Below, piece after piece: positions 8,778-18,138 of a stretch of 64,000 nt of DNA. The stretch comes from Terrimicrobiaceae bacterium (GTDB lineage Bacteria > Verrucomicrobiota > Verrucomicrobiia > Chthoniobacterales > Terrimicrobiaceae), in NCBI GenBank assembly GCA_041752695.1, contig JBGSVZ010000047.1, positions 32,001-96,000 on the forward strand, in the 5' to 3' direction. The translations under genes and the position numbers were made by a program. The notes under the pieces were generated by a model. That model was not told the DNA's origin. It saw only the letters and a program-made list of their open reading frames with translations, and did no database searches. Position 1 is the stretch's first letter. Every line of letters begins with the position of its first letter.

Positions 8778-9962
8778 ATGGCAAAAGAACAGTTCAAGCG
8801 AAACAAACCGCACGTTAACATCGGCACGATCGGCCACGTTGACCACGGCAAAACCACACTCACGGCCGCAATCACCACGGTGCTCTCCAAGACCGGCGGA
8901 GCCCAGGCCAAAAAATACGACGAGATCGACGCAGCTCCCGAAGAAAAAGAGCGCGGCATCACGATCAACACCGCCCACGTGGAATACGAGACGGAGAACC
9001 GTCACTACGCCCACGTCGATTGTCCCGGACACGCCGATTATGTGAAAAACATGATCACGGGCGCGGCCCAGATGGACGGAGCGATCGTTGTCGTCAGCGC
9101 AGCGGACGGCCCCATGCCTCAGACCCGTGAGCACATCCTGCTCGCCCGTCAGGTCGGCGTGCCTTCCATCGTTGTGTTCATGAACAAGGTGGACATGGTG
9201 GACGACAAAGACCTTCTCGAACTCGTCGAAATGGAAGTTCGCGAACTTCTCAGCAAATACGAATTCCCCGGCGACGTCATTCCGATCGTCAAAGGCAGCG
9301 CCCTCAAGGCTCTCGAAGGCGAAGCTGAATACGAAAAAGCCATCACCGACCTCATGGCCGCGGTGGACGAATACATCCCGACGCCTGAGCGTCCACGCGA
9401 TCTTCCCTTCCTCATGCCTGTGGAAGACGTGTTCAACATTGAAGGTCGCGGCACTGTCGCCACCGGCCGTGTCGAACGTGGTATCCTCAAGAAAATGGAG
9501 GAAATCGAAATCGTCGGAATCCGCGATACCGTCAAAACGACGGTCACCGACATCGAAATGTTCCGCAAGCTCCTCGACACCGCCGAGGCCGGCGACAACG
9601 TCGGTGTGCTCCTGCGTGGCACGAAGAAAGACGACATCGAGCGCGGTCAGGTTCTGGCCAAGCCCGGCACGATCAAGCCCCACAAGAAATTCAAGGCTGA
9701 GATTTACGTGCTGAGCAAAGACGAAGGTGGCCGTCACACGCCCTTCTTCGGCAACTACCGTCCTCAGTTCTACTTCCGCACCACGGACGTTACCGGCACC
9801 ATCAGCCTCCCCGAGGGAGTGGAAATGGTCATGCCTGGTGACAACGTCTCCATCGACGTCGAGTTGATCACTCCCGTCGCCATGGAAAAAACCATCCGTT
9901 TCGCCATCCGCGAAGGCGGCCGCACTGTCGGCGCCGGACGCGTGGCGGACATCCTGGACTAA
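8778..9962 (+). CDS. tuf: Elongation factor Tu
   Basis: [16 protein letters not shown] and NKVD motifs; 394 aa. Confidence 0.99.
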   Translation: MAKEQFKRNKPHVNIGTIGHVDHGKTTLTAAITTVLSKTGGAQAKKYDEIDAAPEEKERGITINTAHVEYETENRHYAHVDCPGHADYVKNMITGAAQMDGAIVVVSAADGPMPQTREHILLARQVGVPSIVVFMNKVDMVDDKDLLELVEMEVRELLSKYEFPGDVIPIVKGSALKALEGEAEYEKAITDLMAAVDEYIPTPERPRDLPFLMPVEDVFNIEGRGTVATGRVERGILKKMEEIEIVGIRDTVKTTVTDIEMFRKLLDTAEAGDNVGVLLRGTKKDDIERGQVLAKPGTIKPHKKFKAEIYVLSKDEGGRHTPFFGNYRPQFYFRTTDVTGTISLPEGVEMVMPGDNVSIDVELITPVAMEKTIRFAIREGGRTVGAGRVADILD

Positions 9963-9977
9963 TCCATCTTGCCAGAA

Positions 9978-10050
9978 AGGACAGTAGCTCAATTGGTAGA
10001 GCAATGGTCTCCAAAACCATCGGTTGGGGGTTCAAGTCCCTCCTGTCCTG
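9978..10050 (+). tRNA. tRNA-Trp(CCA)
   Basis: AGGACAG/CTGTCCT acceptor stem, anticodon arm ATGGT-CTCCAAA-ACCAT; lies between tuf and secE. Confidence 0.96.
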
Positions 10051-10093
10051 TTCGGCTGGTGCCATCCAGGCCCCTTAATTTCTCGCCCGCATC

Positions 10094-10309
10094 ATGATCG
10101 CTAAAACCCGCAATTTTATTTCCGAGGTCCGTACGGAGCTCGGCAAAGCCCAGTGGCCCTGGGATCCCAACGAAAAGGGATTCAAACGCTTCAAGGAACT
10201 TGTGGACTCGACCATGGTTGTGGTGATCGCGATGGTCATCCTTGGCGGCTACATCGCATTTTTCGATTTTATCCTTATCAATTTCGTCGGCGCTCTGACG
10301 AGACCCTGA
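10094..10309 (+). CDS. secE: Preprotein translocase subunit SecE
   Basis: FISEVRTELGKAQWP motif plus one TM helix; conserved gene position. Confidence 0.93.
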   Translation: MIAKTRNFISEVRTELGKAQWPWDPNEKGFKRFKELVDSTMVVVIAMVILGGYIAFFDFILINFVGALTRP

Positions 10310-10316
10310 AAACCCA

Positions 10317-10880
10317 ATGCCAATCGCTCCCCGTGATCAATGGTATGTCGTGCATGTTCTCTCCGGACTGGAGCAGAAAGTCACCGACAACCTCAACCGC
10401 CGCATCAAGCTGGAGGAGATGTCGGATCACGTTTACGAAGTGCTCATCCCCACCGAGCGGGTGCAGGAAATCAAGCGCGGTAAAAAGACCGAGACCACGC
10501 GGAAATTTTTCCCCGGTTATCTCATCGTCAACATGCATCTCCTCGATGACAACAACCAGCTCGTCGAGAAGACGTGGTAGGTCATCAAGGATACTGATGG
10601 CGTGATCGGCTTCGCCGGCACCAAGGATCGCCCGATCCCCATGCGCCAAAAGGAAGTGGACAGCCTCCTCGCCCAAGTCCGCGAACGCGAAGATTCCGTC
10701 AAACCGAAGATCAGCTTCGAAGTGGGCGACAAGGTCAAGGTGGCCGACGGCCCCTTCCAAAACCAGAATGGCGTGGTCGAGGAAATCGACCCCGAGCGCG
10801 GCAAACTGCGCGTCTCCGTCACCATTTTCGGCCGCGAGACTCCGGTCGATCTGGAATACTGGCAGGTCGAGAAGGCCTGA
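10317..10880 (+). pseudogene. nusG: Transcription factor NusG interrupted by an in-frame TAG at codon 88 (10578-10580); possible sequence error
   Basis: NGN domain (WYVVHVLSG...FFPGY) and KOW domain (GDKVKVADGPF...FGRETPV) are in one frame, separated by a single TAG. Confidence 0.9.
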
Positions 10881-10902
10881 GGCGATTTTTATCCCGGGTT
10901 TC

Positions 10903-10992
10903 CTGAAGGAAGCCGTTGGAGTCCAGCCTTTAGGCTGTTCGGAACCAAGAACAGGCTAAAGCCTGAACTCCAACCTGCGTGGGCTTCCTCAG
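10903..10992. repeat. REP-like doublet (two inverted 26-bp units, each internally palindromic)
   Basis: GTTGGAGTCCAGCCTTTAGGCTGTTC (10915-10940) vs the reverse complement of 10949-10974, GTTGGAGTTCAGGCTTTAGCCTGTTC. Flanked by AGGAAGCC/GGCTTCCT. Confidence 0.8.
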
Positions 10993-11082
10993 AATTCGCC
11001 GTTTCGTCCCTCTCATTTTCTCACTTCCGTCTTGATTTTTTAGCCTCAGGCGGTCTTTACTTCGTTTATTCCTTAACCTGCC

Positions 11083-11385
11083 ATGCTTTCCCTTCTTCTC
11101 GCCGGTGGTTCCTTTCTTGGAGCAGTCACGCAGACCACTCAAGTCACGGAAATCGAGACCTACAATCACACGTTGCGTGGCGAGCGGATTCTGGCCAAGG
11201 AAGTCGTTTGTCGCGGCCGTTGGGGTACGCCCATGTTGCCGGACGGTAAAGGGGGCTATAGCCTGATTGCTCCCATCAATCAGGAGTTTATCGAGCGCAG
11301 TCTTTTTCAGCCCCCGAAGTCCAACGGCCCCGCATTTCGGCCTGCCACCGTGACTCTCACGTCGGTGGTGCTCCCGGTGGAATAG
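11083..11385 (+). CDS. Small hypothetical exported protein
   Basis: 100 aa, hydrophobic N-terminus, followed by a terminator. Confidence 0.5.
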   Translation: MLSLLLAGGSFLGAVTQTTQVTEIETYNHTLRGERILAKEVVCRGRWGTPMLPDGKGGYSLIAPINQEFIERSLFQPPKSNGPAFRPATVTLTSVVLPVE

Positions 11386-11407
11386 TTGCTGGCTGGCCCA
11401 ACCGGAG

Positions 11408-11433
11408 AGGCCGCCTGGTGGGCGGCCCTTTTT
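11408..11433 (+). terminator. Rho-independent terminator
   Basis: GGCCGCC-TGGTG-GGCGGCC hairpin followed by CTTTTT. Confidence 0.7.
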
Positions 11434-11506
11434 GACGGGTGCCAGGCTGACTCGCGAAATTTCGGCAGGTGCTGGTTATCGATCCTGGAAGTTGCTCCGG
11501 TTTTTT

Positions 11507-12244
11507 ATGCGTTACTTTTTCTCTCTCCTTCTCCTCGTAGCGGTTTCCTCGTGTGCTCATCGGGAGCCCGCCACGCCTGTCTCCGACCAGGTCCCTTTTG
11601 ATCAACGTCTCGCTCAATTTGCGGCCTATCACAACAGCCGTCAGACGGAAGCTTTGCGCAGCTTTTTCACGAAGGATGCCACGATCCAGTCTCCGGTGAC
11701 GCCGAGGTCCGCTGGAGTCGCCCAGTTTCTCAGCGCCCTGGCGGCCGAGCCGTACACGATTTCATTTTCCAACACCGAGACGATCTATTCTCTTCCCGGA
11801 AAAGCCGTCACACGCAGCTCGGGAACCGCCAGCGCTTCGGGCAAGTTCAACCTGAAGGAAACGGTCACCGTCGATTGGCGTTTGGAAGATGGATATTGGC
11901 GCATCGCCCGGCTTCGTTTTGTGGAATGGCCCTCGATCATAGGTACCTGGCGGCACGCGGGGCTGCGGGGAGAGGGTTCGATCGAACTCCGCATTCTGCC
12001 GGGTGGGACGTATCTGGTTTTTGTGGGTGACAGTTTTGAAATGCCGGCGTTCCGCGGGCGCTATCGCCTGGAAGGGAATCGGATTACCTTTACCGACACC
12101 GCGGCCGATAATCCCCGGGATTTTCAGCCCGGGGAAGGCAGTTATTCGTTTATCCGCTCCGGCAATGGCGTAGTCCTGCAAAAAGTGGATGATGCCAACA
12201 CCTGGCGCACCGAGCGTTTCGACGGCGCCTGGGCCGCCCGATAG
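11507..12244 (+). CDS. Lipoprotein with an NTF2/SnoaL-like domain and a beta-rich C-terminal domain
   Basis: Lipobox-like LLLLVAVSSC; FFTKDATI...WRLEDGYWRI NTF2-type pattern; IIGTWR second domain. Confidence 0.65.
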   Translation: MRYFFSLLLLVAVSSCAHREPATPVSDQVPFDQRLAQFAAYHNSRQTEALRSFFTKDATIQSPVTPRSAGVAQFLSALAAEPYTISFSNTETIYSLPGKAVTRSSGTASASGKFNLKETVTVDWRLEDGYWRIARLRFVEWPSIIGTWRHAGLRGEGSIELRILPGGTYLVFVGDSFEMPAFRGRYRLEGNRITFTDTAADNPRDFQPGEGSYSFIRSGNGVVLQKVDDANTWRTERFDGAWAAR

Positions 12245-12355
12245 AAGATCTCCGGTCTGCGTGTCGGTCCCGATGGGCCGCAAGTTGCGCAAAATTCGCG
12301 TATCTTTGGACAATGGGGGCGGTGTCGGCGGTGGGCCGCGCTGTTTGGTTGGGGC

Positions 12356-13222
12356 ATGCGTTCCGATGCTGCCGCCCGCCAGCCATCCCCTCCGGCCTGT
12401 CTGCCGTCGCCGGCGCGCCATTTTTTGGGGAACCGATTTGTCTATTGGGTGGTCTCGCAGCGGGCTGGGGGACTTTCGGTCGGGATCAATGTCAATCCCG
12501 ACAAACGCTGCAATTTCGACTGCGTGTATTGCGAGGTGGACCGCCGGGAAAAAGGCGGCCCGGCCCGGCTCCCGGTCGCGGAGATGTTGGTGGAGTTGCA
12601 AACACTCCTTACCTCCATCCATGAGGGGCGGCTGGTCCGGCCGGGCGGCTCGGGCGGCGCGCTGCTCAGTTTTAAAGAAGTGGCGCTCAGCGGGGATGGC
12701 GAACCGACCTTGAGCCCAAATTTTCGGGAGATAGCAGAAGGCGTGGTTGGCCTTCGCGCCCGGCATCTGTTTCCCGTCTTTAAAATCGTCCTTATCACCA
12801 ACGGAACGGGACTGCACCTGCCCCCCGTTCAGGCGGGGCTCGCCGTGCTCAATCGCACCGACGAGATCTGGGTGAAGCTCGACGTCGGGACGCAGGCTGG
12901 CCTGGAACTCGTTAATCGCACCGACATCCCCCTGGACGATGTCCTGAAAAACATCCGTGATCTCGGGCAAGATCGCCCCATCGTGATCCAAAGCCTTTTT
13001 CCCTTGGTCGGCGGAGTGGAACCAGCGCCGGAGGAAATCGACGCCTATGTCGATTGTCTGGCGGAACTCAAGGAGGCCGGGGCACGCATTTCCCTCGTGC
13101 AGGTCTATTCCGCGCATCGCCCTGCCATGAATTCCGTCTGCGGGCATCTCCCGCTGCGCTCCCTGTCCCACATCGCCCGCGCCATCCGGGAGCGGACCGG
13201 CCTGAACGCGGAAGTGTTTTGA
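12356..13222 (+). CDS. Radical SAM protein
   Basis: CNFDCVYC motif, SGDGEPTL and ITNG. Confidence 0.9.
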   Translation: MRSDAAARQPSPPACLPSPARHFLGNRFVYWVVSQRAGGLSVGINVNPDKRCNFDCVYCEVDRREKGGPARLPVAEMLVELQTLLTSIHEGRLVRPGGSGGALLSFKEVALSGDGEPTLSPNFREIAEGVVGLRARHLFPVFKIVLITNGTGLHLPPVQAGLAVLNRTDEIWVKLDVGTQAGLELVNRTDIPLDDVLKNIRDLGQDRPIVIQSLFPLVGGVEPAPEEIDAYVDCLAELKEAGARISLVQVYSAHRPAMNSVCGHLPLRSLSHIARAIRERTGLNAEVF

Positions 13223-13265
13223 TTTCGCACGTGACGAAACGTTCCACCCGGAGGATAGTCAGTCA

Positions 13266-14138
13266 GTGACTGCGAACCTTATCGAGGCGCTCACCGAATC
13301 GGCGATCTTTCGCGATTACGAGCGGGCGTTCAGCGAAGCCACAGGCCTGCCTGTTTCTCTCTCGCCCGTGGAATCGTGGCAACTGCCCCACCGGGGGAAA
13401 AAATCGGTCAATCGCTTCTGCGAGGCCATGGCACAAAAAAGCTGCGCCTGCGCGGCCTGTCTGCGCACCCAGGGGCGTCTTGCCGAAGGAGCCCGCGAGG
13501 AGGCCTGCACCGAACAGTGCGAAATGGGGATGTTTGACACCGCTGTGCCGATCAAGCTGGGAAGCGAACTCCTCGGCTTTCTCCAAACCGGCCAGGTCTT
13601 CTGCAAAAAACCCACCGCCGCCCAGTTCGCCCGCGTCTCGAAAAAGCTGGAAGAGTGGGGCATTCCGGTCAGTCACGAGATCGAGGAAGCCTATTTTGCC
13701 ACCAAAGTGATGACGCCGGCGCAGTACGAGGCCCTTGTTGATCTGCTGACGATTTTCTCCAAACATCTTTCTCTCGTGGCGAATCAGGTGGCCGTGCAGC
13801 GCGAGAACTCCGAGCCGCCCATGATCACGCGCGCGCGGGACTTCATCCGCACCAATCAGGCGGAGGATCTTTCCCTCGGTCAGGTCGCCAAGGCGGTGAA
13901 CACCAGCACGTTTTATTTTTGCAAGATGTTCAAAAAGGCCACCGGCCTGAACTTCACGGAATATCTTTCCCGAGTGCGGGTCGAGAAGGCGAAAAATCTT
14001 TTGCTGAACCCGAATCTTCGCATCAGCGAAATTGCCTTTGAGGTGGGATTTCAGTCGCTCACCCATTTTAACCGTGTTTTCAAGAAGATCACCGGGCAGT
14101 CGCCCAGCGATTTCCGCGCCCGGCTGTCTCTTAGCTAA
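13266..14138 (+). CDS. AraC-family regulator with an N-terminal PocR sensory domain
   Basis: Cys-containing PocR pattern (FC...C...CEMG...AVPI...GQV) and C-terminal ISEIAFEVGFQSLTHFNRVFKK. Confidence 0.9.
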   Translation: MTANLIEALTESAIFRDYERAFSEATGLPVSLSPVESWQLPHRGKKSVNRFCEAMAQKSCACAACLRTQGRLAEGAREEACTEQCEMGMFDTAVPIKLGSELLGFLQTGQVFCKKPTAAQFARVSKKLEEWGIPVSHEIEEAYFATKVMTPAQYEALVDLLTIFSKHLSLVANQVAVQRENSEPPMITRARDFIRTNQAEDLSLGQVAKAVNTSTFYFCKMFKKATGLNFTEYLSRVRVEKAKNLLLNPNLRISEIAFEVGFQSLTHFNRVFKKITGQSPSDFRARLSLS

Positions 14139-14226
14139 TTCCTTCCGCTCGTTTGACAAGAACGGGCCGGACTTCCGCAAGAAATGGGTATCTCGAAGAT
14201 CTTTCCGGTGAGAAGATCACCGCGAA

Positions 14227-16053
14227 ATGAATACACTCGAAACCGAAACGAAACCCACCAGCGCCCCTGCGACCAAAAACGCGAAGCTCCTCGCCTGGGT
14301 CGAAGAAGTCCGCGCCCTTTGTGAGCCCGATGAAGTTTATTGGGCCGACGGGTCCCAGGAAGAATATTACCGTCTCTGCGACGCCATGGTCGAAGCCGGA
14401 ACCTTCACCCGCCTGAATCCCAAAACCCGGCCCAACAGCTTCCTCTGCCTCTCCGACCCGAGCGATGTCGCCCGCGTTGAAGATCGCACCTTCATCTGCA
14501 GTCGCCGCAAACGCGATGCCGGCCCCACCAATAACTGGGTCGCCCCCGTCGCTATGCGGGAAACCTTGCAAGGCCTTTTCAAAGGCTGCATGCGCGGTCG
14601 CACCATGTATGTCATCCCCTTCAGCATGGGACCGCTCGGCTCCCCCATTTCCCATATCGGCGTGGAGATTTCCGACTCGCCCTATGTGGTGGTCAATATG
14701 CGGATCATGACCCGCATGGGCACCCCCGTGCTTCGCACCCTTGGCGACACCGGGGAGTTTGTTCCCTGCGTTCATACTGTGGGCGCGCCGCTGGAGCCTT
14801 TCGAAAAAGACGTCGCCTGGCCTTGCAACAAGGACACCAAATACATCGTGCATTTCCCCGAGACCCGCGAGATCTGGTCCTACGGCAGCGGATACGGCGG
14901 CAATGCCCTCCTCGGCAAAAAATGTTTCGCCCTTCGTATCGCTTCGTCCATGGCCCGTGATGAAGGCTGGATGGCCGAACACATGCTTATTGTTGGCGTC
15001 GAATCTCCCAAGGGGGAAAAGACCTATGTCGCCGCCGCCTTCCCGAGTGCCTGCGGCAAAACCAACTTCGCCATGCTGATTCCGCCCAAGGAATTCCAAG
15101 GCTGGAAAGTGACCACCGTCGGTGACGACATCGCCTGGATCAAACCCGGCGCGGATGGACGTCTCTACGCCATCAATCCCGAAGCGGGATATTTCGGCGT
15201 GGCTCCCGGAACCTCGGAAAAATCGAACGCCAACGCGCTGGAGTGCTGCCGCAAGGACACCATCTTTACCAACGTGGCGTTGACCGAAGACGGCGACGTG
15301 TGGTGGGAAGGTCTCACCGATGAGGCGCCTGCCAAATTGACCGATTGGACCGGCAAAGAATGGACCCCAGGCTGCGGTCGCCCCGCCGCCCACCCGAATG
15401 CGCGCTTTACGGCGCCCATGGCTAATAACCCCGTGCTCGACACTGCCGCCGATGATCCGGCAGGTGTGCCGATTGCCGCATTCATCTTCGGAGGACGTCG
15501 TGCCACCACCATGCCGCTGGTCTTCCAGGCCTTCAACTGGATCCACGGCACCTACCTGGGTGCCACCATGGGCTCTGAAATGACGGCCGCCGCCGCCGGT
15601 GGTCTCGGCCAGGTGCGCCGTGATCCGATGGCGATGCTGCCGTTTGCCGGCTACAACATGGGGGACTACTTCGCCCATTGGCTGGAGATGCGCAAGTTCT
15701 TCACCAAGACCCCGAAAATCTTTCACGTCAACTGGTTCCGCAAAGATGAGAACGGCAAGTTCCTCTGGCCCGGCTTTGGAGACAATATGCGCGTCCTCAA
15801 ATGGATCGTTGACCGCTGTCACGGCACGGTTTACGCCGAGGAAACTCCGCTCGGCTGGATGCCGGATGCCAAGGATATCAATATCGAAGGCATCGAAGGT
15901 TATGATGAAGAAAAACTCCGCGCGGCCTTGGCCATCGATATCCAGGGCTGGAAACGCGAAGTGCTCCTCCAGGATGAGCTCTTCATCAATCTGAGCTCCG
16001 ACCTTCCCAAGGAACTGATGTTCCAACGCGAGTTGCTGATCTCGCGCCTGTAG
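14227..16053 (+). CDS. pckG: Phosphoenolpyruvate carboxykinase (GTP)
   Basis: [29 protein letters not shown] and DPMAMLPF. Confidence 0.97.
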   Translation: MNTLETETKPTSAPATKNAKLLAWVEEVRALCEPDEVYWADGSQEEYYRLCDAMVEAGTFTRLNPKTRPNSFLCLSDPSDVARVEDRTFICSRRKRDAGPTNNWVAPVAMRETLQGLFKGCMRGRTMYVIPFSMGPLGSPISHIGVEISDSPYVVVNMRIMTRMGTPVLRTLGDTGEFVPCVHTVGAPLEPFEKDVAWPCNKDTKYIVHFPETREIWSYGSGYGGNALLGKKCFALRIASSMARDEGWMAEHMLIVGVESPKGEKTYVAAAFPSACGKTNFAMLIPPKEFQGWKVTTVGDDIAWIKPGADGRLYAINPEAGYFGVAPGTSEKSNANALECCRKDTIFTNVALTEDGDVWWEGLTDEAPAKLTDWTGKEWTPGCGRPAAHPNARFTAPMANNPVLDTAADDPAGVPIAAFIFGGRRATTMPLVFQAFNWIHGTYLGATMGSEMTAAAAGGLGQVRRDPMAMLPFAGYNMGDYFAHWLEMRKFFTKTPKIFHVNWFRKDENGKFLWPGFGDNMRVLKWIVDRCHGTVYAEETPLGWMPDAKDINIEGIEGYDEEKLRAALAIDIQGWKREVLLQDELFINLSSDLPKELMFQRELLISRL

Positions 16054-16198
16054 ATTCCCGTCAGCACGGGTGCCCGTTCCTGCAGTTCCGGGGAACGGGT
16101 TACCCGGTGCGGGTTCCCCCCTCCGAACAGACTTTCGACTTTCCCGAAGCGCGCGCGCGGGAGACACTCGTTCGCGGAGGCGCGGAAACCCAATCCAC

Positions 16199-17866
16199 AT
16201 GTCCTGGTTCAATCAACTTATTCACGGCGAATCCATCGCCCACGTCGTTTTTGTCATCTCCATCGTCGCGACCCTTGGTCTCGCTTTGGGCAGCCTGAAA
16301 ATCAAAGGCATCGGCCTCGGTATCGCCGGGGTCCTCTTTTCCGGCCTGGCCATCGGCCACTTAGGCATCACCATCCCGCACGAAGTGCTGGAGTTCGCCC
16401 GCGAGTTTGGGCTCATTCTATTTGTCTATACCATTGGCATCCAGGTCGGCCCCGGCTTTTTTGCCTCTTTACGCAAACAAGGTCTGCCTCTCAATATGAT
16501 GGCGGCCAGCATTGTGCTTCTCGGTGCGGGGATCACCATTCTGATTTCCAAATTCGGCGGTGTTTCCATGGCCGCGGCCGTGGGACTTTTTTCCGGTGCC
16601 ACCACCAACACGCCGTCCCTCGGTGCCGCCCAGGAGGCCATTCGGAGCCTGCCCAACGTTCCGGAAGGCTCCGCCGCCATCCCCGGCCTTGGGTACGCGG
16701 TGGCTTATCCGTTCGGCATCATCGGCATCATTCTTACCATGCTGCTGATCCGTGCCATCTTTCGCGTGGATCTCAAAAAAGAAACCGCCGACCTGCTCAG
16801 CAAATCCGGCGCGAAGGCGGCCAAACTCTCCCGGCTTAACCTTCTTGTCACCAATGCCAATCTGGACGGCCGTCGCCTCGACGAACTCCCCGTCTTTGCC
16901 TCCCTGGGCGTGGTCATTTCCCGCATCCACCATGACGGCGTCGTGGATATCGCGAAACCGGACGATATTATTCATGTCGGTGACACTCTTCTCGCCGTCG
17001 GTCCCCAGTCCCGACTCGAGGAACTTCGTCTCATTGTCGGCGCGGTCAGCGAGATCGACCTCCATCTGATGGACAGCAGCCTCGTCGTTCGCCGGGTGAT
17101 TGTGACGAAAAAAGCCATCCTCGGACGCCAGATTCAGGAACTCGATTTTCTGGAGGATAACGACATCACAGTCACCCGCGTGACCCGTGCCGAGGTGGAG
17201 ATTCCCGCCACGCCCGAACAGCGCATTCAATTCGGTGACATGCTCGTTCTGGTCGGCAGCGAGGAAGCCGTCGCCCGCGTTTCCAAGGCCCTCGGAAACT
17301 CGGTGAAGCAACTCAACCACACCGAACTCATCCCCGTTTTCATCGGCATCGCCTTGGGGGTGCTTTTTGGCAGCATTCCCATCGCCTTTCCCGGCATCCC
17401 TGCACCGGTCAAACTTGGCCTCGCCGGCGGTCCCCTGCTGGTCGCCATTATCCTCAGCCGGGTCGGTCGCATCGGACCACTCCTCTGGTATATGCCTAAT
17501 AACGCCAATTTTGCCATTCGCGAGATCGGTATTGTGCTCTTCTTGGCCTGCGTCGGCCTGAATTCCGGAGCTAAGTTTGTGGACACTCTGGTGCACGGCG
17601 ACGGCATGAAATGGATGCTCTTCGCCGCCATCATTACGGTGGCCCCTCTCATCATCGTCGGTCTTTTTGCCCGCTTGTTTCTCAAAACCAACTACGTCTC
17701 CATCTGCGGTCTCCTCGCGGGAAGCATGACCGATCCGCCCGCCCTGGCTTTTGCCAACACCGTGAGTGGCTCCGACGCCCCCTCGATTTCCTACGCGACC
17801 GTCTATCCGCTCACCATGCTCCTCCGCGTCGTCTGCGCGCAGTTACTCGTGCTGGTATTCTTCTGA
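16199..17866 (+). CDS. YidE/YbjL (AspT) family transporter with TrkA-C domains
   Basis: Duplicated TM domains (GATTNTPSLGAA; GSMTDPPALAFA) flanking two TrkA-C-like domains. Confidence 0.9.
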   Translation: MSWFNQLIHGESIAHVVFVISIVATLGLALGSLKIKGIGLGIAGVLFSGLAIGHLGITIPHEVLEFAREFGLILFVYTIGIQVGPGFFASLRKQGLPLNMMAASIVLLGAGITILISKFGGVSMAAAVGLFSGATTNTPSLGAAQEAIRSLPNVPEGSAAIPGLGYAVAYPFGIIGIILTMLLIRAIFRVDLKKETADLLSKSGAKAAKLSRLNLLVTNANLDGRRLDELPVFASLGVVISRIHHDGVVDIAKPDDIIHVGDTLLAVGPQSRLEELRLIVGAVSEIDLHLMDSSLVVRRVIVTKKAILGRQIQELDFLEDNDITVTRVTRAEVEIPATPEQRIQFGDMLVLVGSEEAVARVSKALGNSVKQLNHTELIPVFIGIALGVLFGSIPIAFPGIPAPVKLGLAGGPLLVAIILSRVGRIGPLLWYMPNNANFAIREIGIVLFLACVGLNSGAKFVDTLVHGDGMKWMLFAAIITVAPLIIVGLFARLFLKTNYVSICGLLAGSMTDPPALAFANTVSGSDAPSISYATVYPLTMLLRVVCAQLLVLVFF

Positions 17867-18071
17867 CATCGCGGCTGCTGGCGACTGTCATTCGCCCCGA
17901 GTTCCATCGGCATCTCCGGCCCGGGGTGCGGTGATTCTTTTCAAAATTTTTTCACAATTTCGCTTGCGCCCGCGAACTCCTGTGGCACGTTCACAGCGTT
18001 CTGGGGGGAACAACAGGCCACCGTGGCATTCGTCGCGGTGGTCTGTATTTTTTTGACCTGTTCCCCAACCG

Positions 18072-18087
18072 GTTACGGGAATGTCAC
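18072..18087 (+). promoter_or_regulatory. Pho-box-like direct repeat
   Basis: GTTAC-GGGAAT-GTCAC, about 50 bp upstream of the kinase-PstS-OmpA gene. Confidence 0.55.
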
Positions 18088-18138
18088 ACTCAGCTCCTTG
18101 AGCGATTTGGTCGGAAGACTCTTCCTAGGCTCAAACCT

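Noticed and set aside
8772..10004. 410-aa minus-strand ORF
   Set aside because: Antisense shadow of tuf, caused by biased codon usage.
10578..10580. Genome-wide amber recoding or pyrrolysine
   Set aside because: TAG ends several clear genes in the window at their expected C-termini, and no pyl genes or suppressor tRNA are seen.
14153..14158. TTGACA upstream of pckG as a sigma70 promoter
   Set aside because: No convincing -10 element at 16-18 bp spacing.
16067..16105. Hairpin after pckG as a terminator or riboswitch
   Set aside because: Imperfect stem with no U-tract and no recognisable aptamer.
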